From assembly GCA_964464605.1 (NCBI GenBank), contig CAYXJN010000001.1, positions 1 to 64,000 of the forward strand: DNA of 64,000 nt, in the 5' to 3' direction. The notes beneath the pieces were generated by a model, which ran no database searches, was not told the origin of the DNA, and was given only the letters and a program-made list of their open reading frames with translations. The stretch's first letter is position 1; every line of letters starts with the position of its first letter. A program made the position numbers and the translations under genes. Shown here in pieces: positions 10,214 to 20,276 of this stretch. Source of the stretch: an uncultured Ignavibacteriales bacterium (GTDB lineage Bacteria > Zixibacteria > MSB-5A5 > GN15 > FEB-12).

Positions 10214-10239
10214 CGAAACTTTGTGCGCATTACCCCGTA
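10214..10239 (+). promoter_or_regulatory. Putative ECF sigma promoter for the MacAB-like operon
   Basis: CGAAAC-N16-CGTA, resembling the SigW-type TGAAAC-N16-CGTA consensus. Confidence 0.4.
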
Positions 10240-10301
10240 CAGAAAAAAGCAGTCACAAATAAGAACTATCGCCCATTGTAGATGATACGGAGAGCGTACT
10301 T

Positions 10302-11399
10302 ATGCTAAAAAAAATTGTATTGATCGTCCTGTTAGTAGGCGTCATCGGATCGGTGCTCTTTTTCGCCTTCGACGGTTCCGCCAAAAAAGATGAAGAGTTT
10401 AAAACCGTCGCAGTCATTAAAGGGACTATTGTCGAAAAGGCGCTGGCGGTTGGCCGTATAGAGCCGAAACGTGAAATTTCCGTAAAATCAAAAAATGGCG
10501 GCATCGTTCGCAAAATTTATGCGGAAATCGGTGACTATGTAAAAGTCGGCGATCCATTGTTGGACGTTGCGCCGGACCCGACACCGATTGAATTCGCCGA
10601 AGCAAAACGGCAGGTGGAAATGCAGGAAGTCACCTTTGCCAATGCGAAACGTGAATATGACCGTGCTAAATCTCTCCATGACAAACAGCTTATCTCCGCG
10701 CAGGAATATGACAACGCAAAAGCATCCTACGATGAAGAAGAGTTGCGTACCAAGTTGGCGAAAGAACGTCTCTCCCTCATCGAATCAGGTCGCACCTTGA
10801 TTGCAGACAGAAGCGTTGATAATATCATCAAATCCCCGATTTCCGGTATGGTACTCTCCCGCTTAGTTGAGGAAGGAGATCCTGTCGTACCGCTTACCAC
10901 CTATCAGGAAGGTACCGAGCTTATGTCCCTTGCTGAAATGGATGATCTGATTTTCAAAGGGAATGTGGATGAAATCGACGTGGGTAAACTAAAGGTCGGC
11001 ATGAAGACGGAAATCGAAATCGGCGCGCTCACCAGCACGACCGTTACCGGTACGCTGACCAAGATTTCACCGAAAGCGCACAAAGAAGAAGGCTCCACTC
11101 TGTTTGAAGTCGAAATCGAAATCGATTCGGTCGGTCAGGCGGTTCTTCGCGCCGGATATAGCGCCAATGCGCAAGTCATTATCAAAAAAGCGGCGGACAT
11201 TTTGTTAGCGCCTGAACGGCTGGTCAAGATTACCGATTCTGTTTCAACCGCCGAAGTGCAGGATTCCGTTACCAAATTAGTCAGCACCCGCACGGTGAAA
11301 ACCGGAATGTCGGATGGTATCAATATCGAAGTGACCGAAGGTCTCAAAGAAGGGGAACTTCTGGTTGAACGTCCACCGCGCGAAATCACAGCTGAGTAA
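10302..11399 (+). CDS. MacA/YknX-like periplasmic adaptor (membrane fusion protein)
   Basis: N-terminal TM, lipoyl half-motifs (GDYVKVGDPL; IKSPISGMV), helical hairpin, VDEIDVGKLKVG. Confidence 0.9.
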   Translation: MLKKIVLIVLLVGVIGSVLFFAFDGSAKKDEEFKTVAVIKGTIVEKALAVGRIEPKREISVKSKNGGIVRKIYAEIGDYVKVGDPLLDVAPDPTPIEFAEAKRQVEMQEVTFANAKREYDRAKSLHDKQLISAQEYDNAKASYDEEELRTKLAKERLSLIESGRTLIADRSVDNIIKSPISGMVLSRLVEEGDPVVPLTTYQEGTELMSLAEMDDLIFKGNVDEIDVGKLKVGMKTEIEIGALTSTTVTGTLTKISPKAHKEEGSTLFEVEIEIDSVGQAVLRAGYSANAQVIIKKAADILLAPERLVKITDSVSTAEVQDSVTKLVSTRTVKTGMSDGINIEVTEGLKEGELLVERPPREITAE

Positions 11400-11416
11400 G
11401 CGAGCAGGACAAAGAA

Positions 11417-12652
11417 ATGCTCTGGACATCACTGAAGCAGTTTCTCAACGACATGCGCAGGCAAAAACTGCGCACGGCGCTGACGATATTCGGAATCTTC
11501 TGGGGAACCTGTTCGATCGCGCTTTTGTACGCTTTCGGTACCGGTTTGCGCGAACAGCAGATCAAGCAACAGAAGGGACTCGGAGAAAACATTGCCATCT
11601 GCTGGCCGGGAATCACCTCGAAGGAATTCCAGGGCCTTCCCAAAGGACGGCATATCAATTTCACGGAAGATGATGTCAAGCTCATCAAGCAGCGCGCCAC
11701 AAACATCAACTCGATATCCCCTGAATACGCGAAATGGAATACGACCCTTCGGGTAGGTAAGAACACTACCAACCGTCAGGTCAAAGGTGTCTGGCCGGAA
11801 TTTGCCGATATGCGCAACGTTATTCCGGATTCCGCCGGTTCACGCTTTATCAATGACATGGATATGCAGGAGAAACGCCGCGTTATTTTCCTCGGTAACC
11901 TACTTGCAACTGATCTATACGGCACTACCAATGCCGTCGGCAAACAGGTGCTTGTAAACGGGCTCCCCTTTACCGTTATCGGTGTTATGCAGAACAAAGA
12001 ACAAAACAGTTCATACGGCGGTCGTGACACGCGCATTGCGTATATCCCGGCTACCACTTTTACCAGTATGTTTTCGTCGCGCTTTATGAACAATTTCGTG
12101 CTGCAGGCGAAACCGACCGTACTGATGAAAGACGCACTCAACGATGTCTACGAAGTTCTCGGCGCCCGTTACCGCTTTGATCCGACCGATAAGGAAGCGG
12201 TATCAATTTGGGATGTGTCACAGGGTGTGACCTTTGTTAAGAATTTCTTCTTCGCCTTTCAGATGTTCTTAGTCGGAATCGGTGTTGCCACCCTTATCAC
12301 CGGCGGCATCGGCGTTTCCAATATCATGCACGTGGTGCTTGAAGAGCGCACCAAAGAAATCGGTATCAAAATGGCATTGGGTGCGCGCAAGAGTTATATC
12401 CTCGGTCAGTTTATCTTCGAAACATTGTTCATCACCGGTTTTGGCGGGATGCTCGGGTTCCTTTTTGCCTGGGGCGTTGTCGCTATATTCCCGATGCTGA
12501 AACTGGAAGAATTTATAGGCACTCCGCGTGTCGATATCACGACTGGATTTTTGATCACGATGCTGCTTGGTCTCATCGGTCTGGTTGCCGGATTTTTTCC
12601 GGCACGCCGTGCCGCAAATTTACAACCGGTACAAGCCTTGAAGCTGTTTTAG
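11417..12652 (+). CDS. MacB/FtsX-family ABC permease
   Basis: LRTALTIFGI, GVSNIMHVVLEERTKEIGIKMALGA, FPARRAANLQPVQAL. Confidence 0.92.
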   Translation: MLWTSLKQFLNDMRRQKLRTALTIFGIFWGTCSIALLYAFGTGLREQQIKQQKGLGENIAICWPGITSKEFQGLPKGRHINFTEDDVKLIKQRATNINSISPEYAKWNTTLRVGKNTTNRQVKGVWPEFADMRNVIPDSAGSRFINDMDMQEKRRVIFLGNLLATDLYGTTNAVGKQVLVNGLPFTVIGVMQNKEQNSSYGGRDTRIAYIPATTFTSMFSSRFMNNFVLQAKPTVLMKDALNDVYEVLGARYRFDPTDKEAVSIWDVSQGVTFVKNFFFAFQMFLVGIGVATLITGGIGVSNIMHVVLEERTKEIGIKMALGARKSYILGQFIFETLFITGFGGMLGFLFAWGVVAIFPMLKLEEFIGTPRVDITTGFLITMLLGLIGLVAGFFPARRAANLQPVQALKLF

Positions 12653-12658
12653 GGAATT

Positions 12659-13960
12659 ATGAACTTCGGCATACTATACAACGTGTTCATTCGCGACTTC
12701 CGCAAACAGCAAACGCGTATTACCCTGACACTGGTCGCCCTTACCTGGGGTACTATTTCTATCATGCTTCTTTTGGGCTTCGGCGAAGGATTGCGTCAGC
12801 AACTTGGCGTCAATAACAAAGGACTCGGTGATGGTATCGCTGTCGTCTGGGGTGGACAAACCCAAAAGCCGTACAAAGGAATGGGAAAAGGAAGGCGCAT
12901 TAATCTCTTCCCTGGCGATGATCTCTATATCAAAGAACGCATTCCTGAAATCAAAACCATCGGCGGCGAATACATGCGCTGGGGAGTTAAGATTCAGCAT
13001 GATGAAACAGTCATTACTGAAATGGTTAATGGTGTGACGCCGGCCTGGGAAGATATGCGTAACCATATTCCTATGCGCGGTGGACGCTTTTTGAACGAAA
13101 CCGACATGCAGCAAAAACGCCGTGTCGTCTTTCTCGGTAACCACGCTGCCAAGCGCTTGTTTTCCGGTGATACGACTTCTTCTGAAGATGAAAGTTTCAG
13201 CAACTGGACGCCGACCGAGAAAACCAATCCGATCGGCAAACAGATTTATATCAATAATATTCCGTTCACCGTTGTCGGTATCATGATTCCGAAACTGCAA
13301 ATGAACAGCTACGCCTCGCAAGATGAATACCATATCGTTATCCCGGCAACCACGTATCAGGCTATTTATAGTGACCCTTATCTCGATAACCTTGTGTACC
13401 AGCCACATGATGTCAATGACATGAAAAAAATCGAAAAAAAACTGTACGAGGTCATGGGTGCAAAAAATAAATTCGATCCGACCGATGAACCTGCAATACA
13501 AGTCTGGGATATTGCCGAAAGCTCAAAAGAGTTCGACAATGTCATGCTTGGTATCAAGATATTTTTAGGTATCATCGGCGGTTTAACGCTGATTATCGCC
13601 GGCGTCGGGGTAGCGAACATCATGTATGTGTCGATCAAAGAACGCACCCGGGAGATCGGTATTAAGATGGCCGTCGGTGCGCGGAAGTCATACATTCTCT
13701 GGCAGTTTTTGCTGGAAGCATTACTGATTACCTTCTTCGGCGGCGGGATGGGTATTACCATCAGCTATATTTTGACCGAAGCATTTAAGCGCATCCCGGT
13801 GAAATCGGCGGTGATCGATTTCATGGGTAAACCGACCATAAACTTGGAAATCGGAATTGTCGTTATAGTTATTCTCGGTATTATGGGATTGATATCCGGC
13901 CTCTTCCCCGCCATGCGAGCGGCTTCGGTATCGCCGGTCGAATCACTTCGTTACGAGTAA
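12659..13960 (+). CDS. MacB/FtsX-family ABC permease (second paralog)
   Basis: GVANIMYVSIKERTREIGIKMAVGA, FPAMRAASVSPVESLRYE. Confidence 0.92.
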   Translation: MNFGILYNVFIRDFRKQQTRITLTLVALTWGTISIMLLLGFGEGLRQQLGVNNKGLGDGIAVVWGGQTQKPYKGMGKGRRINLFPGDDLYIKERIPEIKTIGGEYMRWGVKIQHDETVITEMVNGVTPAWEDMRNHIPMRGGRFLNETDMQQKRRVVFLGNHAAKRLFSGDTTSSEDESFSNWTPTEKTNPIGKQIYINNIPFTVVGIMIPKLQMNSYASQDEYHIVIPATTYQAIYSDPYLDNLVYQPHDVNDMKKIEKKLYEVMGAKNKFDPTDEPAIQVWDIAESSKEFDNVMLGIKIFLGIIGGLTLIIAGVGVANIMYVSIKERTREIGIKMAVGARKSYILWQFLLEALLITFFGGGMGITISYILTEAFKRIPVKSAVIDFMGKPTINLEIGIVVIVILGIMGLISGLFPAMRAASVSPVESLRYE

Positions 13961-13978
13961 GCAAAAAGGAACGATAGC

Positions 13979-14668
13979 ATGCAGTCGCTAATTTTATTGA
14001 ACAATGTCCGCAAAGCGTACAAAACCGGATCGGTTACGTTTGAAGCGCTCCGTGGTGTCGATGTCGATATCAAACGGGGTGAGTTTGTCGGTATTGTCGG
14101 ACCTTCCGGTTCCGGTAAATCGACGCTGATGAATCTTATCGGTTGTTTGGATGTGCCAACCTCCGGCGAATACCTGCTTGAAGGACGCGCTGTCAATTCG
14201 CTTACGTCCAATCAACTGGCCGATGTACGTAACAAGAAAATCGGATTTGTCTTTCAGGCATTCAATCTGCTCCCGTATGCTACCGCCTTTGAAAACGTGG
14301 AAGTACCGCTTCTGTTTGCCAAAGCGCAAAGCAAAGACCGGAAAAAGCGAGTAACCGAACTGCTTGAACGGGTTGGCTTAGGTACGAAACTGAATAATCG
14401 TCCGACCGAAATGTCCGGTGGTGAAATGCAGCGCGTTGCTATCGCCCGCGCGCTGGCGAATGATCCGGATGTTATTTTAGCCGATGAACCGACCGGAAAC
14501 CTTGATACCAAATCAGGAACGGAAATCGTAAAGATGTTTCATGAACTGCGCGTTTCCGGAAAAACGATCATATTTATTACCCATGATATGAACATTGCCA
14601 GTCAGGCCGAGCGGGTTATTCGTATCAAAGATGGGCTCATTGATACCAACGGGAACGGGAATCACTAA
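13979..14668 (+). CDS. MacB/LolD-type ABC ATP-binding protein
   Basis: Walker [36 protein letters not shown]. Confidence 0.95.
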   Translation: MQSLILLNNVRKAYKTGSVTFEALRGVDVDIKRGEFVGIVGPSGSGKSTLMNLIGCLDVPTSGEYLLEGRAVNSLTSNQLADVRNKKIGFVFQAFNLLPYATAFENVEVPLLFAKAQSKDRKKRVTELLERVGLGTKLNNRPTEMSGGEMQRVAIARALANDPDVILADEPTGNLDTKSGTEIVKMFHELRVSGKTIIFITHDMNIASQAERVIRIKDGLIDTNGNGNH

Positions 14669-14689
14669 TTCGTTTATTATCTGACAGCG

Positions 14690-14740
14690 AAAAAATAAAA
14701 ACCGCCTTTGTGCTTTCGCGCATTGGCGGTTACTTTTTTT
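14690..14740. terminator. Bidirectional terminator-like hairpin
   Basis: A-rich run, AACCGCC...GGCGGTT stem, T7 tract; between convergent genes. Confidence 0.65.
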
Positions 14741-14753
14741 CTGTACTATTTGA

Positions 14754-15329
14754 TCACGGGCAGGCAGGGGGCTGGTTTCCACCGTTGAATAAGAACTGCA
14801 CTAAGTACGTGAGATCGGCTACGGTAATGCCGGCGAGGCCGTTCACATTCGCTTCATCGGTACAGACCGGAGCAGGTCCGCTATTAAAGAGAAACTGCAC
14901 CAGAAACGTAAGGTCGGCAACGGTTATTCCACCAACGTTGTTGACATTCCCTCGTGTTGGCGGTACACAGCACCCAACGGGAGGAGCAGAAACACGAAGC
15001 GTGTCGAACATCGAGAGAGAATGCACCTGACAGAGATACGGATAATCTCCCACCGGATCTCCCGGCAGAATAATCAAATCAAAGGTGGTACCGCCTCCGC
15101 TCATTGTTCCTGAATTCCACGACTTTGGTGAACTCGGTTCCGAACTTGTCGTATGTACTCCGCTGACTATCGTCCAGCGGACGGTATCGCCAAGTAATAC
15201 GGCAACATTTTGGGGTGAGAAGGTGAAATTTGAAATGTCAATGTGGTGAATGGTAGCGTTTGTAGTTCCGGCAAAAAGCCCAAAGACAAACAACCCTGCG
15301 AACAAATGGAAACGTAATTGGCGAGACAT
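14754..15329 (-). CDS. Secreted plastocyanin/cupredoxin-domain protein with C-terminal dockerin-like domain
   Basis: Signal peptide; FSPQNVAV..GDTVRW, GVHT, YLCQVHSLSM (His..Cys-x2-His-x3-Met type-1 Cu ligands); duplicated GNVN..[16 protein letters not shown]. Confidence 0.85.
   Translation of the reverse strand: MSRQLRFHLFAGLFVFGLFAGTTNATIHHIDISNFTFSPQNVAVLLGDTVRWTIVSGVHTTSSEPSSPKSWNSGTMSGGGTTFDLIILPGDPVGDYPYLCQVHSLSMFDTLRVSAPPVGCCVPPTRGNVNNVGGITVADLTFLVQFLFNSGPAPVCTDEANVNGLAGITVADLTYLVQFLFNGGNQPPACP
14757..14972 (-). repeat. Dockerin-like duplicated repeat (copy 1)
   Basis: CC-x4-[42 protein letters not shown]; very similar to 15595-15807. Confidence 0.8.
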
Positions 15330-15523
15330 ACCGTCCCTTTCTCCCTGAGGTGCTTATAGAAAATTACATTTTTTCTCTAAATTGGTTTTGCTTTCTTCGT
15401 ATGTAACACTGTGCAAGCTTGGACAAAAACTGACTGCCGTTCAGTCTTATGCTTCGATGAAAACAGACAATATCAATAACAGGATGGGTGCGTCGATAGT
15501 TCCGAAATGAAAAGAGAATCGAT

Positions 15524-15561
15524 AAAAAAACCGCTTCAGCATGAACTGCAGAAGCGGTTTT
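15524..15561 (-). terminator. Rho-independent terminator after the 863 aa gene
   Basis: AAAACCGCTTC...GAAGCGGTTTT stem with a T7 tract on the minus strand. Confidence 0.7.
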
Positions 15562-15591
15562 ATTATTCACCAAATGACTACTGGTCGTTGC

Positions 15592-18183
15592 TCAACATAA
15601 CGCCGGTAACGGACCGCCGTTAAAGAGGTACTGCACCAGATACGTTAGATCAGCAACGGTAATACCGCCGAGACCATTCACGTTTGCTTCATCTAAACAG
15701 GGTGGCACAGGACCACCGTTAAAGAGATACTGCACAAGATATGTCAGGTCAGCGACAGTAATACCACCCATTCCATTGACATTTCCGCGTATCGGCGGCA
15801 CACAGCAGCTGGGGCATGGATTCGGAATCGTCGGGCAAGCATCGCAGGCATCACCTACTAAGTCACCATCCGTATCCGTTTGGAGCGGATTAGCAGTTGC
15901 AACGCAATTGTCACATGCGTCGCCTACGCCGTCACCGTCACCGTCTGTTTGCGCCGGGTTCGAGACAAGTAAACAGTTGTCACATCCATCTCCGACCCCA
16001 TCACCGTCAGTATCAAGCTGGGCCGGATTGAAGAATACCGGACAATTGTCACAGGCATCTCCAACACCATCCCCATCTCCATCGGTTTGTGATGTATTGG
16101 CAACTACCGGGCAGTTATCACAGGCATCACCGACACCGTCACCGTCTGCATCAGCTTGTCCCGGGTTCGGCGTTGTTATGCAGTTATCAAGAAAATCCGC
16201 AACCCCGTCAGCATCGGTATCTGTCGCACAGGCCGTTTCAAAGTAAATACCCTGATCAACACCGTTGCGGCCGTCGTTCCAAATCGATGCCATTCTGTTT
16301 AACGCATTAAAATCGGAACCAAGATAATCCCCGACATAGGTGCGGACCGGACCGGGTCTAAGAATAGTTGAGACTGGAGCAGTCGGGCCGGCATCTGAAA
16401 CGAGGCAATCGATCCATGTCAGACCGCAATCTGTCGATGTCGATGCCCACGTTTCGATTCTGACATTACCCGGATCATTGCGGCGATCGTAGTACGTTAC
16501 ACGAACAAGACCGGTTGCCGGATCAACGGTAATTGAAGGGCGCCATTGATCGATACCGTTACCGAGCGGGTCCTGATTAATGCGTATCGGTGCGCTCCAG
16601 GTTCCACCCACGCCGCCTCCGGCAGAAGAACTGACAAAGATATCAGCATCACCGTTGGTCATGTCAGCCCAGGCAACGTATATCCTGCCGGTGCAGGGAC
16701 CTCCGGTATTATCAATCGCTAAAGAAACGGTACTGGCTGCTTCAATACCACCAGCAAGAACCGGCGGAAGCGGAACAAGCGGTGAAACTACAACCGGACC
16801 GCCGAGCGCACCCCATGCCGCGCCTGGTGCCGGCGTTGCGGCCACCATAACCGCAGGAGGAGCGATATTCAGCCAAGCACCATACATCCCGCCCGGTGGA
16901 ACTGGGGGAATGCCGGGAGGACCGACGATATCAATCGCCGGTTTATGGAATCCAAGCGACGGGAAAACCGGAGCAGGTCCAAATACTAAAATCGGCGGAG
17001 CGAATGCAGGATAAGGAAACGGCAGAGCACCTGCTGTGCTTGAGAACGAATGATAAACGGAATAAGTGTCAGCGCCGTCGTTGAAGAAGTCACCGTCACC
17101 GTTTGGATCTCCATCGCCACCTTCAGCAAAATAAATCATGAGGACATTGGCTGTACCTAAACTCGGACTAAATGCAAACTCATCGCTGCGAATGCTGGGA
17201 AAATCCCAGAAAAAGCCGGGAGCGTTTGCCGCAACGAGCGTCGGTGCGCCAAACGCTCCTCCACCACCCGCAGATACTGCCGCAACAATCCCGTTCGGTG
17301 CAGCAGGAAGCCTCCATGGGCCGGTGAATTCGGTGTAGGCTGTTATGTAGGTTCCAGCAGGAGCCATGTTCGATGAGATTGTCGGATTCCATTGATCCGT
17401 CCTGCCACCAAACGGCGGCGGAAAGGGAGGAGCTATCCATGACAAAGGTGCTCCCGCGGCCGGCGAGAAGGCATTTCCGATTACGGATGGAAAAGGAACC
17501 GGACCCGGTGCGGTAAAGTCAGTCCATACCGAGTAGACTTCACCCGGTGTGACTTCGCTAAATGCAGTAGCGCCGTTAACCTGTTCGGTTCCCGGGCCAC
17601 CGGTAAAACTGACGAACGAATTCGCAAGCGGGCTGGCAGCAAGCGATGCAGATGTCGAATAAATAAAGTCACCGGTATTTGCACCGTTATTGTTTGCCGC
17701 ATTACCGGCAGCATAAAATGTCACGGTGCCGGCAGGTATGGCGGGAGCAACCCAAATAAGACTCCATCCCGGTGCCGCATCCGGCACACCCGGGTCAGTC
17801 CCGGCGGATCGATGATGTATATACTCTCGGCCTGAACCTGCCACCGCTTTTTGCGTACGGACAGTATCAACTACAAGCAGTGTGCCTGCCGGGTTATTCG
17901 AAGCATCAAGCGCTGTAATTTGAAATCCCCAACGCATCTGACCCACTCGGCCAACAGCCACACTGACCGGGATGGTATCCCCCGGCCCATAAGCCGCGCT
18001 TCCAAGGGTTATCGTGACCGCACCGGGTGGCGTGTTCAGCGGATTGGTTGTGTGGCACCCCGTGCAATTTCCCTCTCCGGGTGCGTTAGTTCTGCCGGTT
18101 GGCGGTCCGCTTGAAAATGCCCAAACGAGCGATGCCGTTATAGCGATTAAAAGTGCAGCAAGAGTCAAGACTTTGCTTTTCAT
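15592..18183 (-). CDS. Secreted multidomain protein: CxxCH + Reeler-like (choice-of-anchor V-like) domain, sialidase/BNR-like region, six TSP3 repeats, dockerin-like domain
   Basis: Signal peptide; [73 protein letters not shown]; [14 protein letters not shown] repeats; dockerin-like tail. Confidence 0.8.
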   Translation of the reverse strand: MKSKVLTLAALLIAITASLVWAFSSGPPTGRTNAPGEGNCTGCHTTNPLNTPPGAVTITLGSAAYGPGDTIPVSVAVGRVGQMRWGFQITALDASNNPAGTLLVVDTVRTQKAVAGSGREYIHHRSAGTDPGVPDAAPGWSLIWVAPAIPAGTVTFYAAGNAANNNGANTGDFIYSTSASLAASPLANSFVSFTGGPGTEQVNGATAFSEVTPGEVYSVWTDFTAPGPVPFPSVIGNAFSPAAGAPLSWIAPPFPPPFGGRTDQWNPTISSNMAPAGTYITAYTEFTGPWRLPAAPNGIVAAVSAGGGGAFGAPTLVAANAPGFFWDFPSIRSDEFAFSPSLGTANVLMIYFAEGGDGDPNGDGDFFNDGADTYSVYHSFSSTAGALPFPYPAFAPPILVFGPAPVFPSLGFHKPAIDIVGPPGIPPVPPGGMYGAWLNIAPPAVMVAATPAPGAAWGALGGPVVVSPLVPLPPVLAGGIEAASTVSLAIDNTGGPCTGRIYVAWADMTNGDADIFVSSSAGGGVGGTWSAPIRINQDPLGNGIDQWRPSITVDPATGLVRVTYYDRRNDPGNVRIETWASTSTDCGLTWIDCLVSDAGPTAPVSTILRPGPVRTYVGDYLGSDFNALNRMASIWNDGRNGVDQGIYFETACATDTDADGVADFLDNCITTPNPGQADADGDGVGDACDNCPVVANTSQTDGDGDGVGDACDNCPVFFNPAQLDTDGDGVGDGCDNCLLVSNPAQTDGDGDGVGDACDNCVATANPLQTDTDGDLVGDACDACPTIPNPCPSCCVPPIRGNVNGMGGITVADLTYLVQYLFNGGPVPPCLDEANVNGLGGITVADLTYLVQYLFNGGPLPALC
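15595..15807 (-). repeat. Dockerin-like duplicated repeat (copy 2)
   Basis: [56 protein letters not shown]. Confidence 0.8.
15808..16221 (-). repeat. Six tandem 69-bp (23 aa) thrombospondin type 3 Ca-binding repeats
   Basis: [23 protein letters not shown], six copies in translation. Confidence 0.9.
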
Positions 18184-18341
18184 ACTCCATTCCTCCTTCA
18201 GCTACTGCGCATCTGTACGTATTTACACATGACTCGTATCAGCTAAGATAAAAGAGACACCTTTCGCGTGGCGTGGCGTGAGGTAAGACCACCATGAAAT
18301 TTTTAAATCGATTGAAATTGTCTAACTACTACGCTGCTGGC

Positions 18342-18369
18342 AATATATCCGGCGATAAAACTATGTCAA
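18342..18369 (-). promoter_or_regulatory. Putative sigma70-type promoter for the 863 aa dockerin gene
   Basis: Minus strand TTGACA-N16-TATATT, about 160 nt upstream of the ATG. Confidence 0.55.
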
Positions 18370-18480
18370 CTGGAAAGGGGTATTCAAGGACACGACTTCA
18401 CTTCATAAATACTGGCCATGAGTCAGAAACTAAGACCACGTGCAGTTGGTAGCGAGTCGAAACGAAGAGAAGTAAGTAAA

Positions 18481-18825
18481 CTATTCACTGTCAGTAAACG
18501 GCCGCAAATCAAGCAGGTGGCGCTTTTGATAAACATCCTTGAATTCAGCGGCAGTCGGAAGCGCATCTTTGGGCTTGGTAATTTTCGGCCATTTTTTTGC
18601 TAATTCTTCATTGAGCTCGATATACTCCAGCCAGTCATCAGGCAGGTCTTCGGATTCGTAAATGGCGTGGACGGGACACTCATGCACACACAGCGCGCAA
18701 TCGATACATGTTTCCGGATCGATAACGACAAAGTTGACCCCTTCATGAAAACAATCAACCGGACAGACCGACACGCAGTTGGTATGTTTGCATTTAACGC
18801 ATGATTCGCCGACGATATGAGGCAT
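18481..18825 (-). CDS. fdxA: 7Fe (FdxA-type) ferredoxin
   Basis: CVKCKHTNCVSVCPVDCF, CIDCALCVHECPVHAI, FdxA-like C-terminal extension; GGAG before ATG 18825 (start shortened from the ORF track). Confidence 0.9.
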   Translation of the reverse strand: MPHIVGESCVKCKHTNCVSVCPVDCFHEGVNFVVIDPETCIDCALCVHECPVHAIYESEDLPDDWLEYIELNEELAKKWPKITKPKDALPTAAEFKDVYQKRHLLDLRPFTDSE

Positions 18826-18964
18826 TGCTGTTTCTCCGCAATTAACATACAAAGGAACCAGGCACTTGCGCAAGCAGAGTGGAAAATCATGCTCCCATGC
18901 ATTGCCAATCCGGAAAACATCATGTACTTTTCCATATAATATCAAAAAACAATCGGAGGAATCT

Positions 18965-19555
18965 ATGTGCGCGACATTCAATATCAACCAGGGGAATGAA
19001 CTAACCCAGGCGGAATCGCAATTTCAAGCAGCGCGGAAACATCTTTTGGAAGTTCGTCGCGCCCAACCGCAACTCAAGATCGAAGAATACACACTCCAAG
19101 CAACCGATGGCTCGCCGGTTTCGTTCAAAGGATTATTCGACGATCGCGACGAATTGCTCGTGATTCATAACATGGGAAAAGGGTGTGTATATTGTACGCT
19201 TTGGGCGGATGGATTCAACGGCTTCACCGAACATCTTAATAATCGTGTTCCGTTCGTGTTGGTAACGCCGGACAAACCGGAAGTGGCTAAAGCATTCTCC
19301 GAAAGTCGGGGCTGGAAATTCCGCGTACTGTCCGCACATGGAACATCATTTATCAAGGACATGGGATTTACCTCAGCAGACGGCTCCGCCGGACCGGGTG
19401 TGTCCACATTCAAACGGACGGAGAATGGCCAGATATTCTGCACAGCGCGGGATGAGTTTGGCCCCGGCGACCTGTACTGCTCTATTTGGCATTTGCTCGA
19501 CCTTTTGCCCAAACAGGTCAACGATTGGGAGCCGCAGTACACTTATTCAAAATAA
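18965..19555 (+). CDS. DUF899-family thioredoxin-like protein
   Basis: LFDDRDELLVIHNMG..CVYCTLWADGFNG, RGWKFR, PGVSTF, WHLLDLLP; GGAGGA before ATG 18965. Confidence 0.8.
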   Translation: MCATFNINQGNELTQAESQFQAARKHLLEVRRAQPQLKIEEYTLQATDGSPVSFKGLFDDRDELLVIHNMGKGCVYCTLWADGFNGFTEHLNNRVPFVLVTPDKPEVAKAFSESRGWKFRVLSAHGTSFIKDMGFTSADGSAGPGVSTFKRTENGQIFCTARDEFGPGDLYCSIWHLLDLLPKQVNDWEPQYTYSK

Positions 19556-19688
19556 ACCGGACAATGCGATGTCTATGCCATTCCGTAAGGCATTGTATCG
19601 CTTTGTAATAGCAATTCGCAGCTAAAGTTGTCCACACTGGACGGCTTGACCGATAGGCGAAATGCGGGTATGTTACGTATGATTAATC

Positions 19689-20225
19689 GTGACAAATTCA
19701 CTGCGCATCTACATCCCCCTTACTCTGCTTGTAATTGCAAGTTGGGGCAAATTATCGGCTGCCGGTTTCGATGATACCCGGCCGGGTATACTCTTTGGTG
19801 CGAATGTCGGGTTCTCCCCTGTCGCTGTTCAGCACTCGTCTACGAAAAATGAGTATGTGTCCGGTACCTGTTTTTCAGGCTTTGCCGGTTGGGGGGTAAA
19901 AGAGAATTTTAGTGTCACCCTTCACGGACACGCCCTTTTCTATGATGCCTCCACCAGTTCCCTTTCAGCGCAGGGGTTTCTCGGCTTGTCCGGTCATTAT
20001 CTGTTAAAACCAAAAGAACTCTCCCCATTCATCGTGCTTGGTGCAGGAATGTATATGTACCACAAAGCGAGAACGCTCAACACCAATGTCGGCCCCGGAT
20101 TCTTGTTAAGCGTTGGTCAGGAAATGAACCGTCATGTTCGCATTTCTGTTTCTGCGGCCGGAGGGAAAACAGATGATATCACGCATCTGCAGATAAGCGG
20201 CAATGTCGGTTTTATCTTCTTTTGA
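19689..20225 (+). CDS. Putative small outer-membrane beta-barrel protein
   Basis: Signal peptide, alternating amphipathic strands (SPFIVLGAG), C-terminal Phe; TTGACC-N17-TATGTT upstream. Confidence 0.6.
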   Translation: MTNSLRIYIPLTLLVIASWGKLSAAGFDDTRPGILFGANVGFSPVAVQHSSTKNEYVSGTCFSGFAGWGVKENFSVTLHGHALFYDASTSSLSAQGFLGLSGHYLLKPKELSPFIVLGAGMYMYHKARTLNTNVGPGFLLSVGQEMNRHVRISVSAAGGKTDDITHLQISGNVGFIFF

Positions 20226-20276
20226 TACGGTTGAGTTCAACTTCATTTTTCAAATTCGATATCGTACATTATTTCT

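Noticed and set aside
12674..13501. 275 aa minus-strand ORF
   Set aside because: Antisense shadow of the ABC permease; no motifs or RBS
14757..15807. Paired dockerin sequences as a DGR template/variable repeat
   Set aside because: Differences are mostly at third codon positions rather than adenine-specific, and there is no reverse transcriptase in the window
15808..16221. Periodic repeats as a possible CRISPR array
   Set aside because: 69-bp in-frame coding repeats with synonymous divergence, no unique spacers and no cas genes
15776..16246. Ser/Pro-repeat ORF on the plus strand
   Set aside because: Mirror of the TSP3 repeats on the coding minus strand
18826..18987. N-terminal extensions of the ferredoxin and DUF899 ORFs in the ORF track
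   Set aside because: They would overlap head-to-head; SD-preceded ATGs at 18825 and 18965 fit the family starts
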